NCBI GenBank assembly: GCA_951406725.2
Contig: OX597824.1
Span: 35,154,001-35,218,000, forward strand
Source: Octopus vulgaris
Taxonomy: Eukaryota
Length of the DNA stretch: 64,000 nt
Direction of reading: 5' to 3'
The number at the start of each line of letters is the position of its first letter. The first letter of the stretch is position 1. The notes below the pieces were generated by a model. That model worked only from the letters and a program-made list of their open reading frames with translations. It had not been told where the DNA came from and searched no databases. Both the position numbers and the translations under genes were made by a program. This document shows positions 51,299 to 64,000 of the stretch, piece by piece.

Positions 51299-53113
51299 TC
51301 GTAAGCGTGAGGTGTTGAGTTCAAATTTTCTATTTCGACTGGATTAGATAACGAGAAAGTAGCCAGGGGCTATTGAAACCAGCAGGATCACCTGGGTTCA
51401 AAATATCCGCCCTTCACACAAGTTTTCGGCAATGTTTTGATAAAAAAATCTCATACATTCGTTCCATAATTGTTATAGAAGAATACATTGTAGCTATATT
51501 GCTCGTTGTTTTACCAAATGTAGGAAGAGGGTCTTCCGTCACTTCTAGTTTAATGCATAATATTTATCTCTGTATTCTCAAATATTTGACATCAAAGAAG
51601 CCACCCAAAATGGCTCCGAGAGTTTTACTTTCAGATGTAATACAGCTTTCACAATACTTACCTGCTCTAGTTCTTGACTCCTATATATATTCTTCTAGTC
51701 GATGGTATTGGGGCCTAAAAAGGCGGCGAGCTGGCAGAAACGTTAGCACGCCGGGCGAAATGTTTCGTGGTATTTCATCCGCTCTGCATTCTGAGTTCAA
51801 ATTCTGCCGAGGTCGACTTTGCCTGTCATCCTTTCGGGGTCGATAAATTAAGTACCAGTTGCGTACTGGGGTCGATGGAATCGACTTAATCCGTTTGTCT
51901 GTCCTTGTTTGTCCGCTCTGTGTTTAGCCCCTTGTGGGTAGTAAAAAAAATAGGTATTGGAGCCTAAATCTCTCTTTTAGATCATCCTAACATATATTGT
52001 TCTATCTCTGCCATTTACGCTTCGAATGGTGCGGTTCCAGTGACTGTATTTGTTCCTAGAGTTGTTAAGCTTCATGTGATTCTTGTTGTTGTCAATATTG
52101 TTGCTAGAACTTGTTTTCCTTTCTTCATGGGTTGCAACTGTACATTGATGGTAACAAATAAGCACCCGTTATATATATATATAATGTCGATAAGATAAAT
52201 ATTTGTACAGCAATGGGATATCGAAATCAAGATATATAATTAACGGGTGCTTATTTGTTACCATCAATGTACAGTTGCAACCCATGAAGAAAGGAAAACA
52301 AGTTCTAGCAACAATATTGACAACAACAAGAATCACATGAAGCTTAACAACTCTAGGAACAAATACAGTCACTGGAACCGCACCATTCGAAGCGTAAATG
52401 GCAGAGATAGAACAATATATGTTAGGATGATCTAAAAGAGAGATTTAGGCTCCAATACCTATTTTTTTTACTACCCACAAGGGGCTAAACACAGAGCGGA
52501 CAAACAAGGACAGACAAACGGATTAAGTCGATTCCATCGACCCCAGTACGCAACTGGTACTTAATTTATCGACCCCGAAAGGATGACAGGCAAAGTCGAC
52601 CTCGGCAGAATTTGAACTCAGAATGCAGAGCGGATGAAATACCACGAAACATTTCGCCCGGCGTGCTAACGTTTCTGCCAGCTCGCCGCCTTTTTAGGCC
52701 CCAATACCATCGACTAGAAGAATATATATAGGAGTCAAGAACTAGAGCAGGTAAGTATTGTGAAAGCTGTATTACATCTGAAAGTAAAACTCTCGGAGCC
52801 ATTTTGGGTGGCTTCTTTGATGTCAAATATTTGAGAATACAGAGATAAATATTATGCATTAAACTAGAAGTGACGGAAGACCCTCTTCCTACATTTGGTA
52901 AAACAACGAGCAATATAGCTACAATGTATTCTTCTATAACAATTATGGAACGAATGTATGAGATTTTTTTATCAAAACATTGCCGAAAACTTGTGTGAAG
53001 GGCGGATATTTTGAACCCAGGTGATCCTGCTGGTTTCAATAGCCCCTGGCTACTTTCTCGTTATCTAATCCAGTCGAAATAGAAAATTTGAACTCAACAC
53101 CTCACGCTTACGA
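51299..53113. repeat. Long inverted duplication (873-bp arms, 69-bp spacer)
   Basis: Arms are 51299-52171 and 52241-53113, and paired coordinates sum to 104412. Identical ORFs 51373-51846(+)/52566-53039(-) and 51977-52165(-)/52247-52435(+) lie in the two arms. Confidence 0.95.
51720..51950 (+). mobile_element. Meta-core SINE inside the left arm of the long inverted duplication (mirror at about 52462-52692)
   Basis: A full copy with near-perfect TSD GGTATTGG(G/A)GCCTA, present in both arms. Confidence 0.85.
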
Positions 53114-53242
53114 TCAGCCGAAATTACTACGATGATCCGGTTCTTGACTGAAGACTGAGGGTTTCGAATGTCCTGTCCGTGTTTATTGTATCGTCTTCTA
53201 AGAGTTATACGTTCTTGTCCATGTTGTATTTTTCTACATACC

Positions 53243-53311
<69 letters not shown>

Positions 53312-54649
53312 GCTTACTGAGAAAAATCTATCTCTCCAAAGAGAAACTATTTCTACGATTGTTGTGGTGGCTGTATTTGTTGTTCTGCTTATTTTTATTT
53401 CGCGATCGCTTTCGATGGCTGTCAAATGCCTACAGTTGATTCGGAGGAGATAAGGACAATAAATTATGACAATGATGCCTATTAAGTCAGAAACACAAGT
53501 CCATCGATGTCCCTTGCCATTGAAATGAAAATGTGTTGGCTTTTTCGAATAGAATATTAATTCCCTGAGAATTACTGGTAATTTCTTTTAATCATATCTC
53601 CTCATTCAGAGTCGCAAAACAAACACGAATAGAATTCGTGTTTTCTTTTCTTTTGCGTTCTCTACATTAACTTGCCGTCTAAACGAGCTTGTAAACTGAA
53701 GTAACGAAATACAGTTCAGCCGAACAAGTATATATGAATTTAGATATAATGAATATTAATAAAATACAGATTTTGTCTCTCGTTGTTTGTTTCAGTAGAT
53801 TGAGCCTTCAGTGCAAAGCTAGGGCGGTGCTTTGAAGGTTTAGTCGATTAGATAAACTTCAGTGCTTGTAGTTGGGTACTTACTCTATCGGTCTTTTTGC
53901 CGAATCGCTAGATTACGGAGACGAAAACTAGCCGGTACCAGTTCAACAGGTGTGGGTTCACTTTCCTCCCGATAACCTAGCGGTTCGATCAAAGATACCT
54001 TTAAAATATGTATCACACTTACAGAGAAGAAGTACTAGGGTCGATCTATTTGACTAAAACCCTTCAAGTGTAGTGCCCAAGCATGGCCACAATCCAGTTT
54101 TGGTCTTAGCCGGTACCAGTTGTCATGGTGTGAGAGACAAACACAAGCACACACACACACATACACATACACACACACAAAAACACACATAAACATACGC
54201 ACATACGCACGCACGCACACACACATACAAACACACACACACACATATATATGCACACACACATGTGCCCACACGCGCGTACACATGCATGTATGTATGT
54301 TCTCTTTCTCTTTTAAACTTAGAATAATTTTTAACCAGCCGCCTGCTTCGTAACAAGGTTGTGAAGGAAAGCATCTTCAAGAAGGTCTTGCAGATTTCTA
54401 TAGTCCCAGATAATATCTATTTCTTTACTACCCACAAGGGGCTAAATACAGAGAGGACAAACAAGGACAGACAAACAGATTAAGTCGACTATATCGACCC
54501 CAGTGCGAAACTGGTACTTAATTTATCGACCTCGAAAGGATGAATGGCAAAGTCGACCTCGGCGGAATTTGAACTCAGAATGTAACGGCAGACGAAATAC
54601 GGCTACGCATTTCGTCCGGCGTGCTAACGTTTCTGCCAGCTCGCCGCTC

Positions 54650-54900
54650 CCAGATAATATCGTGATCATTTGTTGCATATGAATTAAGGGTTTGCATTCT
54701 CTCCCCAAGACCCCGAGTTCAGTCATATTTGCACCAAATGGGTTGGTATGTATCCTGTTGCTCCAATAGTAATAGGTATAAAACTGAAAGTGTGTCTTGG
54801 GTACTGGATTTTTAGACCCCTTATCAATGTTTTATAAATCTCTTCCTTTTGTATTTTCCTAACTACATTCGTGTCGAGAGCTCAGCTGATTTCCACAATA
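54650..54900 (-). mobile_element. R4/Dong-like RLE C-terminal fragment
   Basis: The minus strand gives VEIS...LKIQYPRHTFSFIPITIGATGYIP, homologous to 29920-30114. Confidence 0.6.
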
Positions 54901-55171
54901 TAATGTAATGTAATGTAATGTATGTATGTATGTATGTATGTATGTATGTATGTATGTATGTATGTATGTATGTATGTCATTATTTAGTTTAATTCAAGAT
55001 TTCTGGTCAATAAAGAACCGTTTGCTAACCTAGATCCAAGGCTCCTTCATTGGAATTTCAACATCAACAACAGGGTATGCATGTATGCATGTATGTATGT
55101 ATGTATGAATGTATGTATGTATGTATGTATGTATGTATGTATGTATGTATGTATGTATGTATGTATGTTAT

Positions 55172-55671
55172 GTCAGGTCACTTTCGAGTGCTGCTGGTAA
55201 CATGTAACCCAGTACAACCTGTTGCATGGTCGGGTCGTCGGCAACTAAACCGGCAACCCCACCAAGCTTGCTTGGGGAGAAGGGTGTTTATTGGTCACCC
55301 TGCGGGATGAAAAACAAAACCCGTCAAAGGGCGGAGGAACTCTTGAGAGTCAACGGCCATCTAATAAATGTCTTAAGGCTGTATCATGCGCGGGGACATA
55401 GAAATAATCGGACTGAATACCCGATCGCGCGGTTAAACCATTGGGAGTGAAGGACTCCTAGCCTTTGTTAGGGCATCCTTCTAGGAGAAGGTAACTCAGG
55501 TAACTGGGATAACTCCGATATAAAACCTGTGGCTCAGTGATTACCGATGATGTTGACTTGCCCTTCTTTTCTTCCTCACTTTAAAAAATCTTCTTGCACA
55601 GGCATTGCACGATAACAACATTAATTAAGCTTCGTGCAATGGGCATACTCGATAACGAGGGGGAAGCCACC
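55172..55671 (+). mobile_element. Second, more 5'-complete copy of the same element (a decayed third copy lies at about 884-1296)
   Basis: Direct sequence identity with 44041-44572, and shared ORF translations MVGSS..KLATPPSLLGEKG. It is flanked by (TATG)n. Confidence 0.65.
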
Positions 55672-55744
55672 ATGTATGTGCAGATTTGTATGTTTTATGT
55701 ATGTATTCTCATGCATATAGTTGCATATCTAGACATGCTCATAT

Positions 55745-56115
55745 ATATTTAAAAGACAAACTTCTGGAAAGTTTTACACATTTTTACAGTTCTACTGATG
55801 AATTGGATCTGTAGCCTTCAAATTAGCTAATTCCTTTCTGATTTTGAGAAGCCTAATTTCTCAAGATTGGTATTTAGGCTGTGTGTTACGTATCCCAGGC
55901 CCCCAACAATTACAGGCATAAACCTGAACTTGTAAAGTGGATAGAGTAACTGCAGATTTCTCAATAGTCCAGCGTAGTTGTTTTCGTTTTCATTGATCTT
56001 CAGTTTTATGTTAACATCCACTGAGCAGCTAATTTCCACAACTGTACACACTTTCTCCTCTCTATCCGAAATCATTATATCAGTCTCTTGTGCTTATATT
56101 TTATTGAGGTTTTCA
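55745..56115 (-). mobile_element. R4/Dong-like RLE C-terminal fragment
   Basis: ORF 55827-56075 has CTVVEISCSVD...NYAGLLRNLQLLYP.YKFRFMPVIVGGLG. Confidence 0.65.
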
Positions 56116-56221
56116 ATACATACATAAAGCTAAACATTCAAATCAGCACATATGTATACATACATACAAACAAAAATAGTCTGTTGTTAATGTTAAAATT
56201 CCAATGAAGAAGATACACACA

Positions 56222-56305
<84 letters not shown>

Positions 56306-56326
56306 TACATACATACATACATACAT

Positions 56327-56509
56327 AGGACGTGGAACAAATATAGTATTATTGGACGCTCAGGAAAGAAGGAAAGAAGGAGGGTCTAACGTTTCGAGCG
56401 GAGCTCTTCGTCGGAAACATAGGAGAAGGAAAGATCCAGAGAAGAGAAGACAGAGGAAAAAAAATCGCCAACGGTACACACGAGGTGATATTTTGAATGA
56501 AATAGAGCT

Positions 56510-56555
<46 letters not shown>

Positions 56556-56650
56556 ATCCAAACAAGAAAACACAGAAAAAAAGAGAGAAAAAACACAGCA
56601 ACGCGAGGACGTGGAACAATTAAAGTATTATTGACGCTCAGGAAAGAAGG
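56327..56650 (-). mobile_element. Further partial tandem copies of the 19730 hammerhead-bearing family
   Basis: AACGTTTCGAGCGGAGCTCTTCGTCGGAAAC at about 56388-56418, and the AGTTAATCCAAAC end at 56551 next to (TA)n. Confidence 0.65.
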
Positions 56651-56689
56651 GAAGGACAGCATTCCGATCCATGAAAGTTCCGGATGAGG

Positions 56690-58571
56690 ATTACAGAGAA
56701 AGGGAGAAGAAGGCCAATCGGCATTCCTCGGCGTCTGAACGTCCACAAGATATATGATGCTGTGTCGAGGAAAGAGCTTCAGACCCGCTTGTCCAGCATT
56801 GAAAATACTACAGCATGGGAAGATTTTCGAACCAGGTTCTCCAACGTGCTGCTGAAACACTGATATATGCTACTGCCAGACACAGAGACTGGTTTGATGA
56901 AAAGGATGCTGATTTTCAGCGACTATTGGTTGTAAAGCGCTATGCCTACAATGTATTGCCACACAGAGGACTTTGAGCTGTGCAGCGAAGTCTAGCACTT
57001 GCCCACTCTAGCAGTGTAAAATCACTACTGCAGCGATCTCTCAAGAAGATGCAGAACCCTTGGTGAGAGGATCTTGCTGGTGATGTTCAGGCTGCTGCTC
57101 ATGCAAATGACAGCAAGAAGCTTTACCATCTTATGAAGCAAGTTTATGGGCCTAAGAGCTCCACTTCAGTTCCTTTGCTTTCCAAGGAGTCTTCTACTCT
57201 ATTTACTAAATCAACAGAAATCACAGGTCGCTGGATTGAACACTTCTTTGAACTCCTAATCTATGAGTCAGTTGTGGATGAAACAGTGATTGAAATTATG
57301 TAACAAAGACCTATCATTGCTCCTTAAATTCTACGCCCTCAATAGATGAGATAATGACATCAATAAGTAAATTAAATCTTGGTAGGGCACATGGAATTTG
57401 TGCTGAGGTCTTGCGATTTGATGGTGATTACATCATACAGTCTCTTCATGAACTTATAAGTACAGTCTGGAGGGATGGTGCAATGCTCTACTATCAGATG
57501 CTATCAAGGTTCTGGAAAATGTTCTTCTACCCGCATGAATGGGTGTCTCGTAAATGATATCCTATCTGAATCTCAAAGTGGCTTCCGATCTGGTAGAGGG
57601 ATATGATTTTCACGCAAGACAGATGCAGGAGGAGTGCTATGAGCAGAATATGGATTTTGTCCAGGTATTTATTGATTTAACGAAGGCCTTTGATACTGTA
57701 AATAGGGCCTTGCTATGGAAAATACTTGGCAAACCTGGATGTCCAGATTACTTTGTATCGATAATTAAATAATTTCATAATGGGATGGAGGCTTGGGTCA
57801 TTGTTGGTGGTGGCATGGCGAGACTTATTCCTGTAGAGAATAGTGTCAAGGAGAGTGAAATCTTTGCTCCAACTCTCTTTGTACTTTGCTGCAGCTTTTA
57901 CTCATGCTTTTGCTAAGGTTAGCTCTCTGGGAATATACGTCATGTATCGATCTTCTGGCCGCTCCTTTAATCTGCGCCGATTTGCTGCCAATTCAAGTTT
58001 TTCAGTCTCTTATTCGTGACTGCCTTTATGCAAGTGAATGTGACTTAGTCACTCATACAGTGGATGACATGCATATACTTATGAATCGTATTTTTGCTTC
58101 CTGCAAGGCATTTGGACTCAGTATTAGCCTAGAAAGACTGTTGTAATGTTCCAGCCTGCACCGAGAAATCCATATGTGGAACCAGCTATTTTGGTTGAAG
58201 GAACAATTCTGAAAGTGGTAGACAAGTTTGTCTTCCTGGGCAGCGCACTCAGCCATTCCTGCTCCCTGGATGATGAAATATCTTTCAGGCTGCAGAGAGC
58301 AACTGATTCCTTCTGGTCTCTTCAGTCTCGTGTCTGGTCCCAGCATGGCATCACAAAGCAAACAAAAATTGATGGCGGAAGCAGGTTCAGGAGCGGGGTC
58401 GACACCTTTGAGAGAGCACGTATCCAGCATGAAGAACTTAAGGGTGCTGCTCGAAAGCGCTCTGCTGGTGTAGTGAATGGGGAAAGCTTGGGTTGCAATG
58501 TTTGCAGTCGTGTATACTTGTCAAGAGCAGGACTCATTAACCACCAACGGAACCGCATATGCAAAATATAA
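56690..58571 (+). mobile_element. Decayed RTE (BovB-like) LINE with internal deletions
   Basis: RQMQEECYEQN...VFIDLTKAFDTVNR, VVDKFVFLGS.LS and a C-terminal C2H2 finger CNVCSRVYLSRAGLINHQR. Confidence 0.85.
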
Positions 58572-59163
58572 GTTAGTCCTAGAGCGCACAATGTTCCTGA
58601 AGGTCAGCAATGGTCTTCCTCGGCCATGCAGAAATGGTCAGCAATTCTTATATTGTCGCCAATACAAGACAATCAACTCTGAAATGGTCATGTCCACCAT
58701 AACATATATACATAGCTTCCACAAAATAAGAACAGCTCACAACTGTAAGCAATGACCAATGTCCAGTTACCCTCCATTGTGGTAGAGAACATTCAAATTT
58801 TTTCGCCTCGCATTTTAAAACTGAGATTTTTTACCGTTTCTTCTTGATATTATTTTTAGACTCTACTCCAATCCAACTCGTGCTGCCACCGACGGCCGAC
58901 ACTGACGTCACCAATCTTGTCAACCCGTGTCTTTCCAACAAATAAATGGTTACTACAATCAATATCTACTTTATTGTGTATACATCCTAATGGTTTTAGT
59001 ATCCCAGGTATCGTTGTCACCTGGCTGCTTCCTTTTAAATATCTATTTACACCGACATCCTTGTTTATTCTACTCGACCAACACACACACACACTTATAT
59101 ATATATACACACACTCAAAACACACATTCACAGTCCCGCTGACCGCCACTCTCCTTCATATTG

Positions 59164-59224
<61 letters not shown>

Positions 59225-59310
59225 TGCACATACAAGCATACACACATATTCATGCTTATTCTGTCACTTTATCTAGAACATACAGACATGTGTGTGTGTC
59301 TGTGTGTGTA

Positions 59311-59360
<50 letters not shown>

Positions 59361-59786
59361 AACATGCAAACACGTACGTGCGCGCGCACACAAACACGCA
59401 CTTACAAACACACATACTGGCGTGCAAATACACACACACACACACACACACACGTAATGATGCGCACACATACACACCTACACACAAACGCACAAGACTT
59501 TCCTCGTCTCTCTTTCCCTATCATACACAAACACATAAGCTTAGAACAACACACTCTCTCTTATATAAACAGGCATACACTGTGTCTACATCATACACGC
59601 ATGTAAATACACGAAAACACAAACATACACACACATACGCACATATGTGTGTGTGTGTGTGTGTGTGTATTGTGTGTGCCTTATATATATGCATGTATAT
59701 GTATATGCATATGTATATGTACATGCATGCATACATACATACATACATACATACATACATACATACATAAATGTGTAGTACCTAAT

Positions 59787-59824
<38 letters not shown>

Positions 59825-60042
59825 TATACCTACATGAATATATATATATATATATATATACATCGACCCCAGTGCGTAACTGGTACTTAATTTATCGACC
59901 TCGAAAGGATGAAAGGCAAAGTTGACCTCGGCGAATTTTAACCCAGAATGTAACGGCAGACGAAATACGGCTACGCATTTCGTCCGGCGTGCTAACGTTT
60001 CTGCCAGCTCGCCGCCTTGTGTATATATATAAATATATATAG

Positions 60043-60440
60043 GCGCAGGAGTGACTGTGTGGTAAGAAGCTTGCTTCCCAACCACATGGTTCCGGGTTCA
60101 GTCCCACTGCGTGGCACCTTGGGCAAGTGTCTTCTACTATAGCCTCGGGCCGACCAAAGCCTTGTGAATGGATTTGATAGACGGAAACTGAAAGAAGCCC
60201 TTCTGTGTGTGTGTCTGTGTATTTGTGTGTCTGTGTTTGTCCCCCCCCCGCACCACCGCTTGACGGCCGATATTGCCGTATTTACGTACCCGTATTTTAG
60301 CGGTTCGGTGATGATGAGCGATAGAATAAGTACTATGCTAACAGAGAATAAGTCCTGTGGTCAATTTGTTCGACTAAAAGTGATGCTACAGCATGGCCGC
60401 AGTCGAATGACTAAAATAAGTAAAACAAGTAAAAGAATAT
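60043..60440 (+). mobile_element. SINE family C copy
   Basis: GCGCAGGAGTGACTGTGTGG...GCATGGCCGCAGTCGAATGACT. Confidence 0.8.
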
Positions 60441-60884
60441 GAATGTATATGTGGAATATATGTTCGTGTGGACATTTGGCCGCATAAACACATATTTACA
60501 CATACTGGTCGGGACAAAAATGATTAGTGTTATTGCGTTTATTATTAAGTAGTCGCTAGTTAGTGCAATATTTGTTTAGCCTAATTGACATGTAGTTAAG
60601 GACAAAAGAAAGAAGAGCCATTCTTGATGTCAGTCGAAATTTTTCACTTGATCTGTTTGTGAATGAGATCGAACTGACATGGACAAAGATTCTATCCTGT
60701 CAAGGACTTAGCACTGCATTGAAGGTGAACACACCTGATACTTGATCAAATGTCATAGTTTAGAGAAGAGAAAGAGAATTTATTAAACTGAAGATAAAAA
60801 AAAATAATAATAAAAATAATAATATGTATGTTGGAAATAGATATAGAAGGATCAGTGTTCTTTTTTTATCAATGTTCACCACTA

Positions 60885-61400
<516 letters not shown>

Positions 61401-61849
61401 TGTTAAATATATGTGTATATGTATCTCGTACACCTGCTTGTATGTTTGCGTATATGCATGCAAGGATATATAAGTAATGTATATGCGTATGTATATACAT
61501 ATATATAGATACAGACGTACACACACAGCAGGCACATATATTTAATATATATGTATGTAAAAAAAAATGAAGTCATATTAACTCAAAGGGCCGGTTTTCC
61601 TGATTTCCGTGGCGCCAGGACGAGGCGCCAGTCTGTTGCAAGATTACTCACTTGTGCCAGCTGAGCAGACTAGAGCAACGTGGAATGAAGTGTATTGCTC
61701 AAGAACACAACACGCCACCCGCTGAAAGAATCGAAACCACAATCTTACGACCAGGAATCCAACACTCTAATGACTAAGCCACGTGCTTCTGCTGGTATGT
61801 ATATTTATATACATACGTATATTTATATATGTGCACACACACCACCACC

Positions 61850-61899
<50 letters not shown>

Positions 61900-62083
61900 T
61901 ACACATACATAATTTCAATCATAAAAAATTAACACTCAGACTGCGAGCCCAATGCCTGAGTATTTCATAAAACATACAAATTTAAATTTATAGAATCAAT
62001 TACTTTCTACCTTCCTCGGAAATTGAAATCCGTATTAAATCTTTGAGGATTAGATTTTGAAATGGAGAATTCTAACAATTAGT

Positions 62084-62144
<61 letters not shown>

Positions 62145-62194
62145 AAATATTGAATTTCTAAATCTCTTGTAGAGACCTGTACGGTGGTGGGGCG

Positions 62195-62447
62195 ATAGAA
62201 TGGTTGTATACTGTCAATCTAACAAGAACGTGACAGTAGGGGGTACACCACCGTTGTATAGCCCTAGGAGGCATCGAACGCCTCCTGACAGCTTCGACAC
62301 ATTTTTTCCCTGTGTCCTTATATACGGACACAGGGAAAAAATGTGTCGAAGCTGTCAGGAGGCGCTCGATGCCTCCTAGGGCTATACAACGGTGGTGTAC
62401 CCCTACTGTCACGTTCTTGTTAGATTGACAGTATACAACCATTCTAT
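62195..62447. repeat. Near-perfect hairpin (about 123-bp arms, 8-nt loop TTATATAC)
   Basis: Arms are 62195-62317 and 62326-62447, differing by one indel and one substitution by eye. The structure lies between (TA)n tracts. Confidence 0.92.
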
Positions 62448-62462
62448 ATATATATATATATA

Positions 62463-62691
62463 TTCTTTTACTCTTTTATTCTTTTACTTGTTTCAGTCAT
62501 TTGACTGCGGTCATGCTGGAGCACCGCCTTTAATCGAGCAACTCGACCCCGGGACTTATTCTTTTGTAAGCCCAGTACTTATTCTATCGGTCTCTTTTGC
62601 CGAACCACTAAGTAACGGGGACATAAACACACCAGCATCGGTTGTCAAGCAATGCTAGGGGGACAAACACAGACACACAAACACACACACA

Positions 62692-62757
<66 letters not shown>

Positions 62758-62920
62758 TACGACGGGCTTCTTTCAGTTTCCGTCTACCAAATCCACTCAC
62801 AAGGCTTTGGTCGGCCCGAGGCTATAGTAGAAGACACTTGCCCAAGATGCCACACAGTGGGACTGAACCCGGAACCATGTGGTTGGTAGACAAGCTACTT
62901 ACCACACAGCCACTCCTGCG
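62463..62920 (-). mobile_element. SINE family C copy
   Basis: Reverse complement of the 45908-46380 consensus. Confidence 0.85.
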
Positions 62921-63108
62921 CGAGGATGATCCGGTTCTTGACTGAAGATTGAAGGCTTCGAATGTCCCGTCCGTGTTTTTTGTATCGTCTTCTAAATGTT
63001 TTGCGTTCTTGTCCCAGTTTGTATTTTTTTACATATAAATATATATATATAGCGGCGCCCGTACCCTTTTTGGTCTTGTATGTTAGTACATATTTTCTTT
63101 ATATATAT

Positions 63109-63145
<37 letters not shown>

Positions 63146-63166
63146 TTATGTAAGTATGTGTGTGTA

Positions 63167-63228
<62 letters not shown>

Positions 63229-63518
63229 TTAAAAATCCGAATTTGATTTCATAAACTGACAAGGCTTTTATACCTTTCACTATCCACTAACACCCCATTA
63301 CAACTATCTGTTTTTCGAATGTTCCCCGTCTTATGGTGCACCTGAGCACTGTATACAATAATTTCATTATTATGCCAGGAGCCTTTAGCTGATGATTCTC
63401 TCGACATGTATTATTCTGCACCAATTTTGGATTTGTCTTCAGATTTTGGAAAAGTTTCGTTGAAAAATAGCGATGCTTTTTAGGCATAGAAACGAAGATA
63501 TGACTGTGTGATAAGAAG

Positions 63519-63588
<70 letters not shown>

Positions 63589-63762
63589 TCTTATTTTTTT
63601 ACCTGTTTCAGTCATTTGACTGCGGCCATGCTGGAGCACAGCCTTTATTCTAAGTTACGGAGACGTAAACATACCAACTTTGGTGTCAAGCGATGGGGAG
63701 CAAACAAACACAAACACATGTATACATACATACATACATACATACATGTATACACACACACA

Positions 63763-63797
<35 letters not shown>

Positions 63798-64000
63798 CGG
63801 GCTTCTTTTAGTTTCCGTTATATATATAGTTTAGTGTATCAGGAATTAGTTCTGACCTCTCTCTGAAATGGCTGTGAAAAATGAACTTTCTACAGGCGCC
63901 ATATGAAATGGTAAGATTTATTTCACCTTTGCTGTCTTCGATCAGTTTATTACATAAAGTGGCAAGAGAAAGCCCTCGACACAGATATTCTTGCAAGATG

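Noticed and set aside
51373-51846. 157-aa ORF present twice
   Set aside because: The duplication is due to the inverted repeat. The ORF starts at TTG, runs into a SINE and has no recognisable domain.

Overview
AT-rich, repeat-saturated eukaryotic genomic DNA. The tRNA-derived SINE families, RTE LINEs and dense (TA)n/(CA)n/(TATG)n microsatellites suggest a cephalopod, most likely Octopus (inference, not a database result). Almost all supplied ORFs are microsatellite or transposon artefacts. The only host coding sequence I can support is a 99-nt first coding exon of a MAP4K3/5 (GCK-I family) kinase on the minus strand (13148-13246), beside a CpG-retaining, repeat-poor, possibly bidirectional promoter. 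The rest is transposon-derived: a full-length decayed Chapaev3-type transposon (CAC..GTG ends, TTA TSD), a decayed Tigger/pogo transposase, a short Helitron, several MITEs, Merlin-like foldback elements with 8-bp TSDs and internal TTAGGG repeats (one nested in a relative), and RTE, CR1/L2, L1/Tx1, R4-like, Gypsy and Penelope-like remnants. The most unusual signal is a set of inverted-repeat structures with arms of about 40-870 bp. Several are centred on a short (TA)n tract and some carry minimal Penelope-type hammerhead ribozyme motifs. CpG decay in SINE copies appears to map methylated and unmethylated domains across the window. All coordinates and alignments were read by eye.
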